Part shown: one piece after another, positions 1-5,362 of the stretch
How positions within the stretch are numbered: position 1 is the stretch's first letter
How the letters are laid out: each line of letters starts with the position of its first letter
Virus record (IMG/VR): IMGVR_UViG_2609459792_000011
DNA length: 5,362 nt
Strand: one strand, 5' to 3'
Source of the DNA: a virus
Lineage: Duplodnaviria; Heunggongvirae; Uroviricota; Caudoviricetes
Position numbers and translations under genes: made by a program
The notes under the pieces: generated by a model
What the model was told of the DNA's origin: nothing
Databases searched by the model: none
Seen by the model: the letters and a program-made list of their open reading frames with translations, nothing else

Positions 1-1031
1 GAGCAGAAATCACTGAGCACATCCCACGCCTTGCGCTGTGTGGTCAGGTACGCATTACAGGTGATGCGCGGCTCCGTGCCGCCAAAGCCGTCCGGCACTG
101 ACTGGTCGCAGTACTGGCCGATGACATACAGCGCCCATTTGTCCACATCCGCCGCACCAAGACGTTTCCCCATGCCGTAGCGTGGATGGGTCAGCATATC
201 CCACAGACACCAGGCCATGTTATTGCTGTATGCCGGCTTAAACGTTCCGTCCCAGATACCGCTGTATTGCCGAGTCTGCGGGTTATAGTTCGACGGCACC
301 TGCAGAATACGCCCGCGAAGATGATAATTACGGCTCACCTGCTGGCTGCCGAACTGCTCCGAATCCACCTGTACGCCGACCAGTGCCGTGTTCGGGTAGC
401 ACTGTTTCACATCGATGATTTCGGTGTATGACGACCAGAGCGTTTTGTTCTGCAGCTGGTCTGTGGTGCTGTCCGGCGTCATCCTGCGCATCCGGATATT
501 AAACGGGCGCGGCGGCAGGTTACCCACCACCACCGAGGCCAGATACTGCGAAGTGGTTTTGCCCTTAATGGTGATGTCTTTTTCCGTCACCCAGCCACCA
601 TTACGCTGTATCTGAACCAGCAGGCGGACTTCCGACGGATTCCGGTCCCCCTTTGAGGTGGTTTCCACCAGTGCCTGCACACCGAAGGTAAAGCGCAGAC
701 GGTCGATATTTGCAGACGTGATGGTCCGGGTAATCGGCGTGTCATACTTCACTTCCGTACCCAGCACCGTCTCGGAGCCGGAGGATTCAAATCCCTCCGG
801 CGGAGTCTGCTCCTGCTCACCGGCCCGGAACACCACCGTGACACCGGAGATATTGGTATTCCCCTCACTGTCCAGCACCGGCGTACTGTTCAGCAGCACG
901 CTTTTTAATCCATCCACCGGACCTTCAACCGGCCCTTCACTGATGGCATCAATCACACTCAGCAACTGCGTGGACTTCAGGTTGTCCTTCGCTTCGCGCG
1001 GGGTATGCCCCTTACTGCTGCCTTTACCCAT
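1..1031 (-). CDS. J: Tail tip host-specificity / central tail fibre protein J, N-terminal part (gene continues beyond window start)
   Basis: Not in the ORF track because it has no stop inside the window. Reverse complement from ATG at 1031..1029 translates MGKGSSKGHTPREAKDNLKSTQLLSVIDAISEGPVEGPVDGLKSVLLNSTPVLDSEGNTNISGVTVVFRAGEQEQTPPEGFESSGSETVLGTEVKYDTPITRT... and stays open to position 1 (343 codons). GGAG at 1043..1040 (minus strand) sits 8 nt upstream of the ATG. The N-terminus matches lambda gpJ as I recall it (memory, not alignment). Position immediately after gene I fits lambda gene order. Confidence 0.9.
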   Translation of the reverse strand, partial: MGKGSSKGHTPREAKDNLKSTQLLSVIDAISEGPVEGPVDGLKSVLLNSTPVLDSEGNTNISGVTVVFRAGEQEQTPPEGFESSGSETVLGTEVKYDTPITRTITSANIDRLRFTFGVQALVETTSKGDRNPSEVRLLVQIQRNGGWVTEKDITIKGKTTSQYLASVVVGNLPPRPFNIRMRRMTPDSTTDQLQNKTLWSSYTEIIDVKQCYPNTALVGVQVDSEQFGSQQVSRNYHLRGRILQVPSNYNPQTRQYSGIWDGTFKPAYSNNMAWCLWDMLTHPRYGMGKRLGAADVDKWALYVIGQYCDQSVPDGFGGTEPRITCNAYLTTQRKAWDVLSDFC

Positions 1032-1053
1032 TCGTCATGCTCCATAAACGACA

Positions 1054-1073
1054 AAACCGCCCGGAGGCGGTTT
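1054..1073. repeat. Perfect inverted repeat / stem-loop in the I-J intergenic spacer
   Basis: Plus strand aaaccgcc-cgga-ggcggttt: 8-bp perfect stem, 4-nt loop, read directly from the sequence. On the transcribed (minus) strand it is followed by TTTTGTCGTTTATGGAGC and then the J start codon. Confidence 0.4.
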
Positions 1074-1091
1074 CACATAAAACATTTTGCA

Positions 1092-1738
1092 TCAGCGACC
1101 AATCACCACAACCTGACCACCATCCCCTTCGTCTGCCGTGCTGATCTCCTGAGAAACCACCCGCGACCCCACACGCATTTCACCGTACAGAACAGGCAAA
1201 ACATTGCCCTGAGCAACCATGTTATCCAGTGAAGAAAAATAGGTATTCTGTTTGCCGTTATCTGTCTGGCTGCCGTGGACGTCCTGGCTTTCGGTGCCAG
1301 CATCTGCGCCACACCGCCCAGGATCATACTGGCCCCTGCCGCATACATGCCCGATACAGCCGCGGCACCCAGCCAGCCCACAGGGTTCCACCATGCCACC
1401 GCAATCAACGCCGCCCCCAGCACCACCTGAAACACACCGCCACTTTTAGCTCCCGCCAGACGCGGCACGATATGGATCACGGCACCATTTGCCAGCGGCT
1501 CATTAAGACGGGCAGATAATTCGGTTTCACCTGCATCACGCCCGGCAATGCGCACCTGATACCAGCCGTCATTCAGTTTCTGACGAAACGCCGGGAGCTG
1601 TGTGGCCAGCGCCCGGATGGCTTCGGCCCCCGTTTTCACACGAAGGTCGATGCGGCGGCCAAATCGTTGCAAATCCCCGTAAAGGCAGATGCGTGCCATG
1701 CCCGGTGACGCCAGAGGGAGTGTGTGCGTCGCTGCCAT
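1092..1738 (-). pseudogene. I: Tail tip assembly protein I, reading frame broken (N-terminal ~153 codons in one frame, C-terminal ~58 codons in another)
   Basis: ORF 1103..1738 begins MAATHTLPLASPGMARICLYGDLQRFGRRIDLRVKTGAEAIRALATQLPAF... (gpI-like) and stays protein-like to ...GGVAQMLAPKART (codon at 1282..1280), then becomes W/C/R-rich junk (TSTAARQITANRIPIFLHWITWLL...). ORF 1092..1394 is junk at its 5' end (MVEPCGLAGCRGCIGHVCGRG...) but from about 1268 reads QTDNGKQNTYFSSLDNMVAQGNVLPVLYGEMRVGSRVVSQEISTADEGDGGQVVVIGR, which is protein-like and gpI C-terminus-like. ATG at 1738..1736 is preceded by GAGAGG. Confidence 0.6.
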
Positions 1739-2379
1739 TTGTCGGTATACCTCTCTCGTTTGCTCAGTTGTTCAGGAATATGGTGCAGCAGCTCGCCGTC
1801 GCCGCAGTAAATAGCGGCATGATTCGGCACCGATGAACCAAAACAGCACAGCAGCACATCGCCCGGCTGCGCCGCTGACAACGGCACCTGATACAGCCCT
1901 GTGGCCTCCAGATTATCCAGATAGAGATTCTGACCGTTACGCCACCAGTCATCCTCGCGATGAAAATCCGGCATCTCAATCCCCGCCAGATGATAAGCAT
2001 CCCGGAACAGCGTGTAACAGTCCGTCACCCCGTGTTCAAAGCGCCGCCCGGTGAGATGCGGCACACAGCGGAACTTATGAATCGTCCCCCGGCAGACCAG
2101 CCACCACGGCAAATCACTCTGCACCTGCAGCCGCCGGTCAGCCTCACTCAGCCAGGGCAGACCACCGGGGTGGCTGTGGACCAGCGCCACAATCTCACCC
2201 TGCATCTCTGCCCGCAGCCAGTCCTCCGGCGACATCCGGAAATACGCCTCCGGCTCACCGGAGATATTCACGCAGGGAAAATATCTTTCCCCTTCCGGCG
2301 TTCTCACCACGAAGCCGCACGACTCCGCTGGCGCACATCGCCGGGCGTGCGCCAGAATCGCTGATTCTGTCTCTGTCAT
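1636..2379 (-). CDS. K: Tail tip assembly protein K (JAB/MPN-type metallopeptidase motif plus NlpC/P60-like region)
   Basis: 247-aa ORF starting MTETESAILAHARRCAPAESCGFVV...; contains HSHPGGLPWLSEAD (JAMM-like His-x-His...Ser..Asp) and a downstream Cys/His region (GVTDCYTLF ... NHAAIY) typical of the gpK family. Near-identical to lambda gpK as recalled. Starts 5 nt after the L stop; its 3' end overlaps the I start by 103 nt (1636..1738) in a different frame. Confidence 0.88.
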   Translation of the reverse strand: MTETESAILAHARRCAPAESCGFVVRTPEGERYFPCVNISGEPEAYFRMSPEDWLRAEMQGEIVALVHSHPGGLPWLSEADRRLQVQSDLPWWLVCRGTIHKFRCVPHLTGRRFEHGVTDCYTLFRDAYHLAGIEMPDFHREDDWWRNGQNLYLDNLEATGLYQVPLSAAQPGDVLLCCFGSSVPNHAAIYCGDGELLHHIPEQLSKRERYTDKWQRRTHSLWRHRAWHASAFTGICNDLAAASTFV

Positions 2380-2384
2380 GGGAT

Positions 2385-3083
2385 TTACTGCGAAAGTTTG
2401 TTAATGGAAAGGAAGCTGCCAAAGTTGCCGACATTATTGCGAAACTTACAGCCACTCAGGCATTTGCTGCATTTATCCTTCGTGATATCGGACGTCGGCT
2501 GGTCATATTCATCCGCGACCGCCGGACCGCTATAACCGCACTCATCGCCGCGATAGGTCCAGGTGCAGGTGTTGGCCAGCATGATACGTCCCGGAAAAAC
2601 AGCGCCATCCGTTTCAGTCGGCGTGGACAGTACAAAAGAGGCACTGACCGCGCTCAGTTCGCTGCACTGCTCGATGCGCCAGCGGCTGATCACCTCCTGC
2701 TCCGGATCGGCTTCGCTGTTTCCGTTGACGAAGTTCACCGCATCCAGAAAGCGGGCGTAAACCTTACGCCGGACCACCGTTCCGCCGACCAGACTCTGCA
2801 GATCTTCCGCCATCCCGGTGATCATGCCGTGCAGGTTAGAGACCGTCAGTGTCGGACGGGCAGCACTGCCCTTGCCGTTCATCTCAAATCCACTCCCCTG
2901 AATGGGATAGGCCTGATACTGCCGACTCTGCCAGGTGACAGACTCACCTTTTTCGTTCTGCTCATTACAGAAAAAGTAGCGATCCCCGCCTACCTCGGTC
3001 AGGTCGATTTCCCAGAGCACCACGCTGGCCGACTGCTCCGCACGAATGCATTCATTCAGCGTTTCCTGTTGTATGTCCTGCAT
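2385..3083 (-). CDS. L: Tail tip protein L (gpL family; C-terminal cysteine cluster consistent with the Fe-S-binding domain described for gpL)
   Basis: 232-aa ORF MQDIQQETLNECIRAEQSASVVLWEIDLTEVGGDRYFFCNEQ... ending ...DKCSKCLSGCKFRNNVGNFGSFLSINKLSQ; cysteines at TCTWTYRGDECGYSG and KCSKCLSGC. Matches lambda gpL closely as recalled. Its ATG (3083..3081) overlaps the M stop TGA (3085..3083) as TGATG. Confidence 0.9.
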   Translation of the reverse strand: MQDIQQETLNECIRAEQSASVVLWEIDLTEVGGDRYFFCNEQNEKGESVTWQSRQYQAYPIQGSGFEMNGKGSAARPTLTVSNLHGMITGMAEDLQSLVGGTVVRRKVYARFLDAVNFVNGNSEADPEQEVISRWRIEQCSELSAVSASFVLSTPTETDGAVFPGRIMLANTCTWTYRGDECGYSGPAVADEYDQPTSDITKDKCSKCLSGCKFRNNVGNFGSFLSINKLSQ

Positions 3084-3421
3084 CAGATCACCACTTCGTC
3101 AAACTGACACGAAAAATCGGTATAGGTGATATGTTCTGTCGCTGACCACGTTCGACACACCACTCTGATTTTTCTGTTAATACCCGGCGGGCGCCAAAAA
3201 AAAGATTTATAGCCTTCATGCCGGGCTAAAAATTTTTCAAATGAATCACGTTCATTCGCCTCAACTTTGAAATCACAGGTGAAAACGCGCAGAGAATGAT
3301 TAAGTCCATTTGGACTTCGTTGCTCATAACCATCGCCAAATCTTACAGTTTTTATCGATGGTTTATTTTCTGTTTTCATTCCATCCTCTGGTAACCAGTG
3401 AAATTCTTCCGTATTAGCCAC
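3083..3421 (-). CDS. M: Tail tip protein M (gpM family, divergent from lambda)
   Basis: ORF ...KTVRFGDGYEQRSPNGLNHSLRVFTCDFKVEANERDSFEKFLARHEGYKSFFWRPPGINRKIRVVCRTWSATEHITYTDFSCQFDEVVI. The VRFGDGY, KSF.W.PP and FDEVV motifs and the ~110-aa size resemble lambda gpM, with the right position between the tape-measure gene and L. The track start at 3421 is a GTG overlapping the tape-measure stop; an alternative ATG at 3379..3377 has a good GAGGA Shine-Dalgarno 5 nt upstream (98-aa product). Which start is used is unresolved. Confidence 0.8.
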   Translation of the reverse strand: MANTEEFHWLPEDGMKTENKPSIKTVRFGDGYEQRSPNGLNHSLRVFTCDFKVEANERDSFEKFLARHEGYKSFFWRPPGINRKIRVVCRTWSATEHITYTDFSCQFDEVVI

Positions 3422-4762
3422 TTAACATTCCCCCATCACGTCGCATATTTAACAGATTGCCCTGCACCCGCTGATCAACCATCCCCATAAGTGCTTTTAT
3501 TGCCTGAGGGCCAATCTCTCCATTCTGGCCGTCATTTTGAATAGTGATTTGGTATACAGGGGCATAGGTAATATCTCCGCCTCCATTACCACTTTTACTA
3601 TTAATAGCTCTGACACCAAGAGAACCATCGGAAGTTCGTGTTAATGGCATAATGGCTTCCGGTCCAGCCTCACCAAAAACACCAGCCCCTTTTGCAAAAG
3701 CAAAAAATTGCGGGGAATCATAAATACCGTTCGAATACGTGCTCAATGACGGAGACTCATAAACACCGCCCTTTGCATTCGGAATAAATTTACTAATAGC
3801 ACTCCCGATAGTTCCTAAAATCCCCCCAGAAGAACTGTTACTAATGCTGTCGAAAATCCCAGTAATTGAAGCCTTTAATGCTATTCGACTAAGATCCGAA
3901 ATCACGGAAGTAGCGAAAGAACGAAAATTTGCTTTGCCTGTCGTGACAAAATCACCCAGCGCATCGGTCATCCCATCAAACATCTGAGTCGTGGTTGATT
4001 TTATCTGCTCACTGATATCCTTAGTGTCATCCAGCCAGTTATTGAATCCCTGGGAGGCACCACTAACCCAGTCTCCTGCCTGAATATCGAGCTGCTCGTT
4101 TTTCTGTCTGACAATTTCTTTTTCCCGTTCCAGAGCATCATTCAGAGCCTGCATTTTCTCTTGAAAAACATGATCTGACATTCCACGGGATTTATCTGCA
4201 TAGTCACGTTCAAGTTGCAGACGCTGATTGTTATATCCATGTTCAATCCGCAGTAATTCCTGCTGGCGTTGCTGATTTTTATCGCCAACCCCATAACCAG
4301 CAATCTGAATATCATACCCCTGCTGACGATTATCAATCGAAGCCTGCAATGAATCACGCCATGCTGTTATTTCGGCGGATTCCTTGATTAGCCTGTTATT
4401 TTTTTCAATCGCAACATTTTTCTCCATCAACGTGGTTATTTCTTCCCGGTGTAAGAGAAGCGATTTCTGATCCTGGGTTAATTTCGATGATGGTCGTGAC
4501 TCTAGGTCGGCAATCCGCTGACGCCACTTAACCAGTTCCTGTTCAGAGGAACTTAATTTAACGGTCAACTCAGCTTGTGAACTTAGTAACGCATTCTGTT
4601 GATTCAGATGATCAATCATTCGTTGGGCTGCATCATCAGAATAATCTTTCGCCTTTGGTTGCTTTGGATCTTTATAACGCTCATTTATTTGAGCGATAAG
4701 ATTATTATATTCTTCCTTTGAATACTGATTCTTTAGCTTTTCCAGTTTTGCAAGTTCACTAG
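3414..4762 (-). pseudogene. Tail tape-measure protein (gpH-like), C-terminal ~449 codons only; 5' part displaced by IS5-family insertion
   Basis: Long minus-strand ORF with coiled-coil-like Q/E/K/L-rich repeats (…QQRQQELLRIEHGYNNQRLQLERDYADKSRGMSDHVFQEKMQALNDALEREKEIVRQKNEQLD…) followed by a Gly-rich C-terminus (…SEQIKSTTTQMFDGMTDALGDFVTTGKANFRSFATSVISDLSRIALKASITGIFDSISNSSSGGILGTIGSAI … ITIQNDGQNGEIGPQAIKAL…RRDGGMLSG) that parallels the lambda gpH C-terminus as recalled. Located directly upstream of M. The first 23 codons of the track ORF (4832..4763) lie inside the IS terminus and are not phage sequence. Confidence 0.8.
4759..4762. repeat. Probable IS5 target-site duplication (CTAG, one copy visible)
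   Basis: CTAG directly abuts the IS terminal repeat; IS5 is known to insert at YTAR tetranucleotides and duplicate 4 bp. The second copy would lie beyond the window and cannot be seen. Confidence 0.5.
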
Positions 4763-4778
4763 GGAAGGTGCGAACAAG
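4763..4778. repeat. IS5-family terminal inverted repeat (left end)
   Basis: GGAAGGTGCGAACAAG read directly; matches the IS5 terminal repeat as I recall it. Confidence 0.8.
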
Positions 4779-4785
4779 TTCCTGA

Positions 4786-5362
<577 letters not shown>

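Noticed and set aside
186-1232. Plus-strand ORFs 186..431, 415..615, 658..1047 and 1005..1232
   Set aside because: They lie antisense to the well-supported J and I coding sequences and have low-complexity, Arg/Pro/Ser-rich translations typical of the opposite strand of a GC-rich gene.
1266-1282. Programmed ribosomal frameshift in gene I
   Set aside because: No slippery heptamer or downstream structure at the frame switch, and no programmed frameshift is known for gpI. A mutation or sequencing error is more parsimonious.
1229-1519. Plus-strand ORFs 1229..1519 and 1252..1449 (Pro/Arg/His-rich)
   Set aside because: Antisense to gene I; the composition looks like non-coding reverse-frame translation.
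1600-2455. ORFs 1600..1836 (+), 1764..2000 (-), 1833..2054 (+), 1960..2364 (+) and 2255..2455 (-)
   Set aside because: All are nested in or antisense to K (or the L/K junction), and none has a protein-like translation. K and I already explain the region.
2456-3107. ORFs 2456..2644 (-), 2563..2760 (+) and 2829..3107 (+)
   Set aside because: Alternative-frame or antisense ORFs inside L; L is strongly supported.
4142-4357. Minus-strand ORF 4142..4357 (71 aa)
   Set aside because: Out-of-frame ORF nested inside the tape-measure reading frame; hydrophobic junk.

Overview
This window is the tail-tip end of a lambda-like (lambdoid siphovirus) prophage late operon, cut by an insertion sequence. I see no evidence for a novel or undescribed system; it reads as a decaying prophage tail module. 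All phage genes are on the minus strand, read from high to low coordinates: the C-terminal ~450 codons of a tail tape-measure gene (3414-4762), then M (3083-3421), L (2385-3083), K (1636-2379), I (1092-1738, reading frame broken near 1266-1282) and the first 343 codons of J (1-1031, continuing past the window start). At 4763 an IS5-family element begins (terminal inverted repeat GGAAGGTGCGAACAAG, transposase on the plus strand from 4831, running off the window end). It truncates the tape-measure gene, and CTAG at 4759-4762 is the probable target-site duplication. L, K, I and J are GC-rich and match phage lambda gpL/gpK/gpI/gpJ closely as far as I can recall those proteins (no alignment was run). 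M and the tape-measure fragment are AT-rich and only distantly lambda-like, so there is a mosaic joint at the M/L boundary. No tRNA, rRNA or CRISPR array was seen.
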